From Epithemia pelagica (lineage: Eukaryota > Protista > Bacillariophyta), in assembly GCA_946965045.2 (NCBI GenBank), contig OX337240.1, positions 1,612,001 through 1,676,000 of the forward strand: a DNA stretch of 64,000 bases, read 5' to 3'. Made by a program: the position numbers and the translations under genes. Of this stretch, positions 46,064 to 57,030 are shown in pieces. The notes under the pieces were generated by a model. That model did no database searches. It was not told where the DNA came from and worked only from the letters and a program-made list of their open reading frames with translations. Every line of letters begins with the position of its first letter. Within the stretch, counting starts at the first letter, position 1.

Positions 46064-48718
46064 TCAGGGTTCAGCTTGTTGCGCCTCTTTCCAAGCCTGC
46101 TGGATGTAGGTATGCTCTTGATCAAGGGTGCAACGATGCGTCTTCATCGTCTGATTAACGTACTTCTCGATCTCCTCGTAGGAAAGACCATTGCTTTCAA
46201 AATCTGCGTCAGCTCCATGTCGATCAAACAAGAAGTACACCAACATGTAGCGCCGTGCTTTTGCTGAAAACTTTCGCATTGTTTTCAACGAAACTTTGGC
46301 AACACTCTTTCGTACACATTGCACAAACTTGTCCTTGTTCGATTTTTCAGCCTTGGTCATGCTCCGAAAGACTCGCTTTGCAAGTCCCCACCCATACTCA
46401 ATGCCTTCACCCGCAAGTTCACAATGGTACTTTGTTGTTGTGTGGACATCAATCCTGCGATCAAACCGTGCCGAAAGATCTTTTGCAAGTTGTTCAAGCG
46501 CTGACAGCTCGTGCTTGAAGTCATCGCAACATCCCATCAGGTACAGAAGCGAATACTTTTGATACTCCTCCATGCAATCATCTTTGAGTTCCCCTGTCGC
46601 ATCCATCCATGCCTTGCGCTTGTCTCTAACGTACTTGTCTAGGTTTGCTGGGTCAATAAACCCACGCTCCCAAAGAACTTGGAAGAGACCCTTGGGTTGC
46701 CCAAGCCACCCTTGCGCCACTACATCTTGTTGGACTTGCGTTGGCAATTGCTTTGCTTGCGACATAACTTGGAGTTGCGCAGTGGACTTGGACTGGTATG
46801 TATTCAGATGATCGCCACCAGTCCCTTGCTCAAGGTCGTGACGAAGCATTTGAGCAACTAGTTCTTTCTTGGAAAGCTTGCGAATTTTCTTCTCTCCTGT
46901 TGCACAATCAAACTTCATACTCTCTCGCTGCGCATCGGTGAGAGGAGTATTCTTGTATGCGTATGGTCCACTGTCCTCGTCTGTGTAGACCATACGTTGC
47001 TTCGCACCTGGCTCGAGACGATCAGCGTGTGCAAAGGGCCCAACATGCGGAACAACAGTCTCATGCATATGCGGAGCAACGCCACCCCATTCAAAATTCA
47101 TGTTTTTCTCGTTCAGACCATCTTTCTGTTTCCTTGCATGTCCACTGCTATGATCAAACAAGAACGCGAAGTCAAAGTCGGGGAAGATGTTCACCAAACA
47201 ATCAACCAGGTCTTCAAATTGGACTGCCATGTGATCGTAGGTCCAGTAACCATCACCGTTGGAACCTACATCAAAGTACGTACAGAATGGGCTTGCATCA
47301 GTGATTTGTCGAATTCGCTTGTCGTCACCACCGATCACTTTGATTGCCGACTCCGTAGACAAATACTTGTCACGCCCAAGCACACTGTCCCTCCGTAGAC
47401 AATTGATCCTTTGTATCATATCGCGGCTGAGTAGATTGGTCTCCTTCTCCACACAGAAACTCCATGCCCGACTAACAAATGCACTTAGCATCAAACTATG
47501 ACCCTCGTCTTTTGGCAGAAGGGTTCCAGATCCTTTGTGGTCATGCCAAGACTTCTTGGAGAATGACCATTGTTTGAAGACTGCCTCATCTTGGCCGACA
47601 ATTATGACAGGGCGACGGTTGGGAGGGAAACGATGTGACAGATTTGCTCCGAAAGGCTTGTTTTCCTCTTTCACATACTTTGCGAAGCCTTCTGGGAAAC
47701 AGTCAATGTGGTATTCTCGCATTGGCTTGTTGGTCACTGGGTCCACAAACTCAAAGGCCCAAACATTTTTCATCAGTTTCTCGCTGGAAGAATCACATCC
47801 GTCACCATTCTCTAGTTTGACTGCTTCCTCGATGGGGATTTGAATCCATCGGTGTGCAAGCTTTTCAATCTTGAAGTAGTCTTCGATGAACTGCTTTCTG
47901 TGTGCCACGTTGTCTGGGTCCTCGTGCCGATCGGTGTAGTACGACTTCTTTGTGTCTGAAAACTTGAGGCCTGCATATGCAAGAAATCTTGCTGCTGTTG
48001 AAACTGCCACTGTTCTCAGCTTCAGTTGGCTCTTGAATTCCGTCAGAGTTGGCAGGTCCTCTGAATCCTCAGTTGCGTGGTCGGCTAGCTCCATGTTATA
48101 GATCTTAGGAACAAGCTCATCTCGAATGAAGGTGGCCGCCATTTCACAGGACATCCGTTCAAGGTTCTTGCTTGCCCAACATTGAAAGATGCGCTGTGCT
48201 TCTGGGAATGCTTCAAATAGTAAGGGGCATGGCATTCTTCCTCTCTGAACGTATGGATTGGGGTGAGGGAAGCGTTCATTGTTTCGGAACTGGATGTTCC
48301 AGACTTGGATTGTTCGCCAGTGAGTAGCAACTATTTTTGTCTCCGGTCCATGCATACGATGAAATTCACTCATTGCAGCTTGGCAACAATTACTCCAGTA
48401 GTTGCCTTTCTCCATTGTTGCCAGAGCCATCTGATACGTGATCCGGAGTAGCGTTGCTCTTGCCATTATCTTTGGCACGAAGCTTTTCGCAGGTTCATAT
48501 TCATCTGCCTTGTTCACCAAAGACAAGAGATTGCTGTAGTTGTATTCAGCATCCATAAGACGCTTGACCCACCGTTCAAGCTTCTGTCTTGTCATTTCAT
48601 CATTTCTCCCTGGTGGACCAGCAAAAATTTTCTTGACATAGGTCTGGTCGAAGAAATCGGTGGTGGATCTTGGACTTCTTGCTGGTGCTACCACATTTTG
48701 GTGTGCCTGGACTGGCAG

Positions 48719-48806
<88 letters not shown>

Positions 48807-49270
48807 GGTGGTGGTGGTGGTGATACAGCAATCATGGCTGTTTCTTCGTCTCTTATCGGAGTTGCAGGATTCTTGCGTTTCTTCCTTTGTGTAATGCGGA
48901 CTGTCAACGTTTTTGCGAAGGACAGCCACTCATCAGGTGAATAATCAAATTTTGGAGGTGGCTCATTCCCGCACGACAAAACATAGTAGAAATGTTTTGT
49001 TTGGTTTCTTTGCTCTTTCTCATTTAGGTTTCGATGCAGCGTGTATCGATAGACGCCTCTACTATTCCGATTCATTGATGAGAAATGGAGGGTCCATTCA
49101 GGACTGCGCGTCAGAGCTCGGTTCATCTGTTGGGCGTTTGACAAATCGGGAACCCATTGTTTCAAGAAGGGAACAAGCTGTTCATCAACAATCCACCGAT
49201 TTGTCCATGGGAAGATCTCTGGACAGCATTGATCTTCAAATGCCTCACGAATTTTGCGCGAGAGACTCAT
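46064..49270 (-). CDS. Large DDE transposase (IS630/Tc1-related, fungal/stramenopile type)
   Basis: YYTDRHED, IVGQDEA (D), FLFDHSSGH (D), PKGLFQVLWERG, KYHCELAGEGIEY.WG.AK (E). Uninterrupted ORF, likely ATG 49270. Confidence 0.85.
48720..48821. repeat. Compound microsatellite (GTT)24(GGT)10 inside the transposase
   Basis: Read directly; encodes poly-Pro then poly-Thr on the minus strand. Confidence 0.95.
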
Positions 49271-49284
49271 AGTTGACGGAGTCT

Positions 49285-50290
49285 CGCTCACACAGCCGGG
49301 GAGACAGACAAGGCAGTGGACGAGACGACAGTCTCTCACACAGCCGGGGAGACAAACGAGGCAGCGGACGAGGCGACCACAGAACAGTGCACGACGTGAA
49401 GCACTGCTATTTCTAGAGATAAAGGAACTGCGTAGGTGATGTTTTTTATAGTTGATTGCTGGCTGCTATTCGGAGTCTCGGGGAGACAGACAAGGTTGCG
49501 GGGAGACAGACAAGGCAGAAGACGAGGCGAAAGTTTCTCGCCTTTGGAGTTGTTCTTGTTGTTGTTGTTGTTGTTGTGATTTGTGGCACTGGTGGTAGCC
49601 GAGGGGTTGGTAGTACAATACTCTTGTTGTTGTTGTTGTTGTTGTTGTTGTTTTCCGTCGATGGTGACACAGCCGGGGAGACGAACGAGGCAGCGGCCGA
49701 GGCGAAAGTTTCTCGCCTTTGGAGTTGTTCTTGTTGTTGTTGTTGTGATTCGTGGCACTGGTAGTAGCCGAGGGGTTGTTAGTACTCTTGTTGTTGTTGT
49801 TGTTGTTGTTGTTGTTTTGCGGCGATGGTGACCCAGCTGGGGAGACAAACGAGGCAGCGGCCGAGGCGAAAGTTTCTCGCCTTTGGAGTTGTTCTTGTTG
49901 TTGTTGTTGTTGTTGTTGTGATTCGTGGCACTGGTGGTAGCCGAGGGGCTGTTAGTGCTCTTGTTGTTCTTGTTCTTGTTGTTGTTGTTGTTGTTGTTTT
50001 CCGACGATGGTGACACAGCCGGGGAGACGAACGAGGCAGCGAACGAGGCGAAAGTTTCTCGCCTTTGGAGTTGTTGTTGTTGTTGTTGTGATTCGTGGCA
50101 CTGGTGGTGGCCGAGAGGTTGCTGGTACTCTTGTTCTTGTTCGTATTGTTGTTGTTGTTGTTGTTTTGCGACGATGGTGGTTGTGATCCTCACACAGCCG
50201 GGGAGACAAACGAGGCAGCGGACGAGGCAAAAGTTTCTCGACTTTGGAGTTGTTGTCGTGAAGCGCTGCGATTTCTCGAGATACAGGCGC
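49285..50290. repeat. Minisatellite of ~165-185-bp units with embedded (GTT)n tracts
   Basis: Recurrent CACAGCCGGGGAGAC...GAGGCGAAAGTTTCTCGCCTTTGGAG...GTGGCACTGG units near 49500, 49667, 49831, 50014, 50192, plus short units at 49290-49375. Confidence 0.9.
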
Positions 50291-50539
50291 CGCGTACGTG
50301 ATGTTTTTTGATAATCTGTTTATGACATACCTATGCTATCGATCTGTCGCATTACATCACGTACCAGCGGCATGTGACGGCTATGGTGACCTGAAGCGGT
50401 GGCAGTTGTTTTCGTTTTCGAATACCATCACGAAATTATGTGAGGAACCGGAAAACTCCACCGCGTCCGCACCGCTAGAGTACTATGAGATAATTTGTAC
50501 TGCCAAAAAAGGGAGTATTGGCAAGATTTGTACACAATT

Positions 50540-50556
50540 TTTGTACTTTAATAGAC
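50540..50556 (-). repeat. Right TIR
   Basis: TTTGTACTTTAATAGAC followed by TA; reverse complement matches the left TIR at 16/17. Confidence 0.85.
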
Positions 50557-50728
50557 TAGGTATGGGGCGCGCGAAACCAGCTTGTATGGTATATTTCATC
50601 ATTCGTCATGGTCACTGGAGGTGCGCCGAATGATGTGCGACCGATAGATGTCTTGCTCGACCATGCCTCGGTTTTGGAAACGGTGGCGTGGTCGAATCTG
50701 CGCAGCATCTCGCGCAAGATGCAGATTC

Positions 50729-50904
50729 ATACTTACCTTAGAGACGTTCGCCGGTGATCATGAAGGCCGGTGGCGATGTGGAGGAGCTGGCCCGTTCACG
50801 GATTAAATGATCCAGGTTGTACGTGATCCCACATCACTTGGTGTTCAGCATCAAGTCTCTCTATAATTTTTGACAAGGTGTGACGGCGCTTGCGCCTCAT
50901 GCCG
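50729..50904 (+). ncRNA. U1: U1 snRNA, copy 1
   Basis: 5' ATACTTACCT; SL1 loop GATCATGAAG (U1-70K site); closing helix AGAGAC/GTCTCT; Sm site ATAATTTTTG; terminal stem GGTGTGA/TCATGCC. Confidence 0.9.
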
Positions 50905-51357
50905 CCCCCCCCAAAACCACAAAACAAACACAACAACACCTTGTGTGTTGCGTCAAAACTTGGATTGTGTGCACTCCATGATTCTTTTCCTCTGTCAACT
51001 CAGGAGCATTCTGCTGCATTCGTATGAACTTCACGCCGTGGGTGTAACCTCATTTGATAGCTGCCTTCAAGACGACTTCCAGTCATTTGACGTCTGTCAA
51101 ACCTACACCCCCATCCTCATTCCTCATACCCCCTTTCGTTTTACGGGGGAGTTTCGTGCAAAGATTCTTCTAATGGATCTTTCACTTGAAACTCTCTACA
51201 AAGACAACATGCCCCAAAGCCTGTCTCCACAATCATGATACCAACAATAGGATCACGAGTGATGTGCGACCCATGGATGTCTTGCTCGACCATGCCTCGG
51301 TTTTTGAAAGAATGGCGTGGTCGAATCTGCGCAGCCTCTCGCGCCCACGTCTAACCC

Positions 51358-51533
51358 ATACTTACCTTAGAGACGTTCGCCGGTGATCATGAAGGCCGGT
51401 GGCGATGTGGAGGAGCTGGCCCGTTCACGGATTAAATGATCCAGGTTGTACGTGATCCCACATCACTTGGTGTTCAGCATCAAGTCTCTCTATAATTTTT
51501 GACAAGGTGTGACGGCGCTTGCGCCTCATGCCG
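51358..51533 (+). ncRNA. U1: U1 snRNA, copy 2
   Basis: Identical by eye to copy 1. Confidence 0.9.
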
Positions 51534-51888
51534 CCCCCCCCAAAACCACAAAACAAACACAACAACACCTTGTGTGTTGCGTCAAAACTTGGATTGTGTG
51601 CACTCCATGATTCTTTTCCTCTGTCAACTCAGGAGCATTCTGCTGCATTCGTATGAACTTCACGCCGTGGGTGTAACCTCATTTGATAGCTGCCTTCAAG
51701 ACGACTTCCAGTCATTTGACGTCTGTCAAACCTACACCCCCATCCTCATTCCTCATACCCCCTTTCGTTTTACGGGGGAGTTTCGTGCAAAGATTCTTCT
51801 AATGGATCTTTCACTTGAAACTCGAAAGATAAGCTGTTGTTTGTGATTAAGAGAGGATCAAGAGTAACAAAAAGAGCGACGAGAGAAT

Positions 51889-53568
51889 ATGGCACCCTCG
51901 GAATCCAACGAACAAACTGCAGCAGCGTTGCAAGAGCCACTGCTCTTGTCATCACCGACCAATGATGAAACGAGGAACGATTCCATCCCTCCCAACAACA
52001 ACACCCACACGGCTCCTGGTGATTCAGAGTCACCACCCCGACTGTCACGCAACATTCCCTTGGCTCTCGCCTATCAATTCATGCGCTGTGCTCCCGAAGG
52101 CGTATGGTTGAACACGGTCATGCCGGCCTATGTCTACTTGCTTCGACCGCATCGTCCTGATTTGGTGGGATACATGTCCGCCTTGGAAGGCGTGACGCAG
52201 TTTGTTGCCGCATGTTTGGCTGGAGTGGTGGCCGATTGGTATCGACGAGACGTTTTGCAACGCATGGCATCCCTTGTGGGTCTGGTTGCTAGTTCGTTGA
52301 TTGTCTGGTCGTCGGCCACCAGACGGATTGTCCCATTGGCAGTGGGTCTCTCCTTGAATGGTGCCTTTGATGGCATTCAACTCACATCTGGAATGGCTCT
52401 CTTTGCCGATTCCATCGTGGATGGACAACGATCCTATTACTTTACGTTGCGAACCCTTGCCACCACATTGGGCTATGTCATGGGACCTCTTTTTGGATTG
52501 GTCATGTTTGTCCTACAAGGCGATCAGTGGACTGTACAATCCTGTGCTCACGTCATGATTGCGGCACAACTCCTCTTGCTCCCTGCATTTGGTTTGTTGT
52601 GGTTCTTGCGAGATGTTCCCAAGAAGGAACCAGAGACAACGACAACAACCAACAATGCAACTGCCTCTGCTAGCACTGCATCGGAAGCAACCACGACCAG
52701 AAGCGACGAGGAAAATATCCCAGTGCAACCAGACGATTCAGCCACACTGTCTTTGCTCGCGTCCTCGGATGTTCAAGACAAGAATGCACAGCCGCAAGGA
52801 CAGGAAAATTGCAGAACTACTACGGATCAGCCAGTAAGTGATATCGCTCAAGAAACAAACGGAGAATACGCAGACGAAACTGGCGGCATTTCTATCTGTG
52901 GTGGTTGTCTCGAGCTTTCCAGACCTCGCTGGATTGCCCTGTGTTGTGCCAGTTCCGACACTCTCTGCTCCGTTGCCAATGGCATCTCGACCAACTACTT
53001 TGCCATTTTCTTTGTCAAAGATCTGTTGTGGGGACCTGTGCTGGTTCAAGTCCTGGGTGCACTCTCGTGCTTGATTGGAGCTGGTCTTTTGCTCATGGCC
53101 CAAAAAGTATCTCTTGTCATGGGTCGATGCCTTGTATCGGTTCTGTTCAAAGCCATGGGTACTGTCCTATTATTGTCCATGGTGGCTTGCTACGTGGCCT
53201 TTCCGGCCACCGTACCCTCCCATACGGCCATTGCTGGCCTGTACCTTCTTCAAAATGCTTTTCTGAATTCGACCGGGGCCTTGACACGCAGTTTGATTAT
53301 GGATTATGTTCCCAGTGATGAACGAGCCAAATGGAGTGCCCTGGAATCCATTAATATCTTTGGCTGGTGTGGGAGTGCGGCACTGGGTGGGATTGTCATT
53401 CAATACTTTGAGGGGAGTATTTTGCCCGTCTTTTACCTGACGGCCATTCTGCAATTGGTTGGTTCGGTCCCACTCATGACCCTGTTTGGTGTGGAAGAAA
53501 AGGAAGCACCATTACCAGAATCCGCACAACGCGAGGGAGAAGATGGCAATCTGCCGACGGAATTGTAA
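51889..53568 (+). CDS. Major facilitator superfamily transporter
   Basis: Two hydrophobic halves, AGVVADWYRRD motif A, MALFADS, RSLIMDYVP..ERAKWS. Confidence 0.85.
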   Translation: MAPSESNEQTAAALQEPLLLSSPTNDETRNDSIPPNNNTHTAPGDSESPPRLSRNIPLALAYQFMRCAPEGVWLNTVMPAYVYLLRPHRPDLVGYMSALEGVTQFVAACLAGVVADWYRRDVLQRMASLVGLVASSLIVWSSATRRIVPLAVGLSLNGAFDGIQLTSGMALFADSIVDGQRSYYFTLRTLATTLGYVMGPLFGLVMFVLQGDQWTVQSCAHVMIAAQLLLLPAFGLLWFLRDVPKKEPETTTTTNNATASASTASEATTTRSDEENIPVQPDDSATLSLLASSDVQDKNAQPQGQENCRTTTDQPVSDIAQETNGEYADETGGISICGGCLELSRPRWIALCCASSDTLCSVANGISTNYFAIFFVKDLLWGPVLVQVLGALSCLIGAGLLLMAQKVSLVMGRCLVSVLFKAMGTVLLLSMVACYVAFPATVPSHTAIAGLYLLQNAFLNSTGALTRSLIMDYVPSDERAKWSALESINIFGWCGSAALGGIVIQYFEGSILPVFYLTAILQLVGSVPLMTLFGVEEKEAPLPESAQREGEDGNLPTEL

Positions 53569-54474
53569 ATAGTTATGGTGTTATGCTTTTGCTTCGCTGG
53601 AAAATTTTTGGAAATAAAGACGTATCCATCGGGGGGTCGCGAAACTACGAATAGTATTAACAGCTAACTACCCTCCCTTCTCAGACACCAGAAGCTCTTT
53701 TGTTCGAACCCCATATGTCCGTTCGTCAGCTTCTTCCTAAGGACGGACTACGGTAAACTGAAGTAACGTAGGAGTAATAACAATGAATCAGGAACCGAAA
53801 CAGCAATATTATTCTATTTCCACAATTGATCCTTATTTTTTTTCTTTTGCATTGTCCTTTAGTCCAGTGCAACAAAACGAGAACAAGCGTGGGGGACATG
53901 GATTGAAGGGCACATGGTGACAGATCTCTCCTCCAAGAGTGGATTGCATTCGTTCCCATCAAGGTAAGACGTGATGTCGTCGGCGTCTTGTCGACTTTCA
54001 GATCGTGCGTTATTGTCCATTCGAGAGATCACATGATGTTGTGTGGTATCATCGTCCATGGCAATGTGCAAGCTTCTGAATCACACTTCTGTTCACGAGA
54101 CAAAAAAATGAGCGGCCGCCGACTCCACGACTGGACTGCAACGGATCTGTCTCTTGCTTCCGAGTCATGTTTTGGAAATCATACCACACCAATTAAGGGG
54201 CATGCTCTACACTTTTGACTCTTACCCTCACAATACATAAAAATACATGTGGGATCCTTGGATGGGATCGCCAGCAAATCATGGATCTTATCTACAACGA
54301 GTAGTTCCGAGTCCATAACAGCTCTCCAACCTTGTCCACCAGACGCAAGAGTTCGGGTACGGTACTACAGAAAGGCACTATGTGGGTAGGAACTCGCTAA
54401 ACGTGAGCTTCACAGACTGGGAACAGAGCAACCAAGTTTACATTCACGTATATTGAATAGATACACAAGCAACA

Positions 54475-56085
54475 ATGATATCTTTTGGGGGGACTTTGCT
54501 CCATCCCTGCAGTTTTCCCAACGTCTTCTTACAATCTGAGAGAAAGAATAGGATGATCATGACACATACAGACATAAATGATTTAGAGTTCATGGACTTG
54601 AAGAAGACTCCAGGTGAGACAATCCCTTGTGATGAAACCGGAGATGCGACTACAATTCCCTGGAGCGTATCGATCGATCCTGTTCCCTCCTCTGGACCAT
54701 ACGAATCTCCCAGACAGAGTACTGCGGAGGGCCCTCTGGATCATTCCATGATGATTCAAGTTCCTGCGGTGTTGACTCGTTCGCCCGTTGATTCGGCATG
54801 GGACAGTATTGAAATTTCCGAGGAGGGTTCCGTTGAGACTGAAGAAGACAGCGTAACAGAGAATAAACAAAGCCCTCACAACAGCTGGAGCCACAAGGGT
54901 TTGCGTTCGATGGATGTTATCTGTGCTCGTGGGAGCAATTATCACAAGCATCCAGGCAATCGCCGGTATCTCGGCATTATCAAGAAACTGCAAGAATCAT
55001 ACCAGACCGCCAAGCAAAAGGCTGCCAAGACAGAGCTCACACGTATGGTGATTCAGCAGGTAAAAGAAAATGGGAGTCGTTTCGTGGAATATAATAAGAA
55101 GAGCAAGGCCTGGAGCGAGTTGGGTTCACGAGCCGAACGCGAGAAGGTGTCCCATGCTTTGCGGGGAGGTTCTTGCACAGCGCGTCAACGTCGAAAAAAC
55201 CAATACCAATGGAAAAAGAAGGAGGAAAAGAGGATCAAACTCCGACGTATGGAGGCCGCTGCTGCGGCTGCGGCAGTTGGACCTCCATTGAAACCGTACA
55301 CAAGCAATCTCATCGAGTCTCATGTCGTTAGCCCTGCGAGGGTGCCGCCCCAACGATGCGATGGTTCACGGTTCATCAATCGTCCAACAAGCGCAACTCC
55401 CAGGGAGAGCGGTGTCCATTCGGTGTTTCAAAGACAACAGCAACTCTATGAAGACATGATAATGGACCCAGCAGAGTATGCACAACTAGACACGGCACCA
55501 GTAATGGCAGCCGTTGAATACGGTACGCACTTTTCATCGAAATGCCCTCGAAAAAGTGGGACAAGTCACGATTGCGTCACTGGTAGCAATGTTGTTTCCT
55601 CAAGTACAGAGCAAAGTAGCATGACAGAGAATCAAAGTTCAGAAGAGAACTGTCATTTGTCTCCACTTCATGTTCCACCATTTCGTGTTTCCTGGACTGA
55701 TGACGAATGGACAGACAAACTGGATGATGTGTTTTCCCAACAGTTCAGCAATCATGAAGCAGAAGACGAGGACGTGCCCATGACATTTTGGAACTTTGTG
55801 GCAGATACCTTGTCCCTTGACCATGAGAACAATCACGACGACGAATACGGTGGTACTTCCTCCCTCCTTATGGATGGACAACAGGTATTTCCTTTACCCA
55901 TTGAGTCCACAATCGGGAATGCACAAACAGGTGAACCAAGAATCTGTTCTACAACCAGCAAGAATTTGAGTTTGGTGGTGTCCGGTGATCTAGAGGATGA
56001 CAATGACATCCCTCCACCCCTCGACCGTTCGTCCTTGTTTCGCGCCACAAGCTCGGGGTTGGTATCATGGGTTGATTCCACTTAA
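54475..56085 (+). CDS. DUF6824-like domain protein (diatom-expanded)
   Basis: DVICARG..YHKHPGNRRY...RFV....W......REKVSHALR in low-complexity flanks; start uncertain. Confidence 0.8.
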   Translation: MISFGGTLLHPCSFPNVFLQSERKNRMIMTHTDINDLEFMDLKKTPGETIPCDETGDATTIPWSVSIDPVPSSGPYESPRQSTAEGPLDHSMMIQVPAVLTRSPVDSAWDSIEISEEGSVETEEDSVTENKQSPHNSWSHKGLRSMDVICARGSNYHKHPGNRRYLGIIKKLQESYQTAKQKAAKTELTRMVIQQVKENGSRFVEYNKKSKAWSELGSRAEREKVSHALRGGSCTARQRRKNQYQWKKKEEKRIKLRRMEAAAAAAAVGPPLKPYTSNLIESHVVSPARVPPQRCDGSRFINRPTSATPRESGVHSVFQRQQQLYEDMIMDPAEYAQLDTAPVMAAVEYGTHFSSKCPRKSGTSHDCVTGSNVVSSSTEQSSMTENQSSEENCHLSPLHVPPFRVSWTDDEWTDKLDDVFSQQFSNHEAEDEDVPMTFWNFVADTLSLDHENNHDDEYGGTSSLLMDGQQVFPLPIESTIGNAQTGEPRICSTTSKNLSLVVSGDLEDDNDIPPPLDRSSLFRATSSGLVSWVDST

Positions 56086-56702
56086 CTTTCACGGACTGTA
56101 CAGCACTCGCTTTTGCAGCAGCGTTCAGCGTCAGAACAAGACAAGGGGAAGACCACTGGGCAGCCATCTTTGGTTGACTAACTGGCTTGGTGTTCCCACA
56201 GGTCAAGTCGCTCCAATATCACCAAACGCCAGTGAGATGTTGCGTTTCAGGTACTTCTGGACAATGCACATTCGGGAACTTTCTCTTCGCCTTGTCCTCC
56301 CGCAATTCCTGTCGTCAAGGTTCTCAACTGTAGACTCTGTACCATGTCAGAAAGAGACCTCTGCCCATCCAATGTTAACAATATATGACAGTATTGGGCA
56401 TACACATAAACATTGGATGCCCTGCCAGCTTTTTGACTCTTGTGGTGGGTCCCCATGTCATAGAGGAAGACAACACGAAGTATAAATGTATCCGTTCAAT
56501 ACAAATCAATATGGAATCTTCATAGTTGCATTCCCTCACCTGCTTCTTTTGGACGTCCAAAATGTTGGGCAAGATTCAAGAGAGACAGTGCACTCATCCT
56601 CGACTGACTTCCGCCTCCATCATATCCATGTCCATGGTTGACAGAATCGTCCACTTCATTGCTTGACGGTACATAGAAAACGCATCACGGTCATGGTGAT
56701 GG

Positions 56703-56876
56703 TGTATAAATCCTGCCACTACACGCTACAACACGGTGTACACGGCGTGCAACAAGTGGCTAGATCAAAATTATGACTAGAAAACTAGATGCGTAGCAGC
56801 ATATGTAGGCGATGCATATTCGCCAATATGCGACCATGTATCCGCCAATATGCGACCTGTTGGCGGGATTTATTCA
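56703..56876 (-). repeat. 3' LTR
   Basis: 174 bp, terminal inverted repeats at 14/16, internal 15-bp direct repeat CGCCAATATGCGACC. Confidence 0.97.
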
Positions 56877-56884
56877 GTCCCCGC
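56877..56884 (-). other. Candidate polypurine tract
   Basis: GCGGGGAC abuts the 3' LTR on the sense strand; short and imperfect. Confidence 0.45.
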
Positions 56885-57030
56885 GAGCTAGATCGGAAGC
56901 ATTTCGACTAGGTCGCCCACGACTTGTTTCAGCAGAGGCCGGTCCATCAGGACTATTTTTTCTCAATTAAGAGGGGTGTCTATTCGGACAATAAAAGAGG
57001 GGTGTGAGGACAATGAATTCGATCATGTAA

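Larger units (their letters stand above)
41616..50556. mobile_element. Large cargo-carrying IS630/Tc1/mariner-type DNA transposon
   Basis: 17-bp TIRs (GTCTATTA[C/A]AGTACAAA, one mismatch), TA on both sides (41614-15, 50557-58), internal DDE transposase and extra ORFs. Confidence 0.85.
50631..51823 (+). repeat. Tandem duplication with 629-bp period containing the U1 genes
   Basis: 50631-51194 matches 51260-51823. Identical by eye from the U1 start onward, diverged upstream. Confidence 0.92.

Noticed and set aside
50640-50716. tRNA upstream of U1 (GGTCGAATC resembles a B box)
   Set aside because: No T stem or cloverleaf; kept only as a conserved upstream element.
56915-56960. Hammerhead-like CTGATG...GAAAC in the CoDi 3' UTR (minus strand)
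   Set aside because: The core reads CUGAUGG rather than CUGANGA, and stem II does not form.
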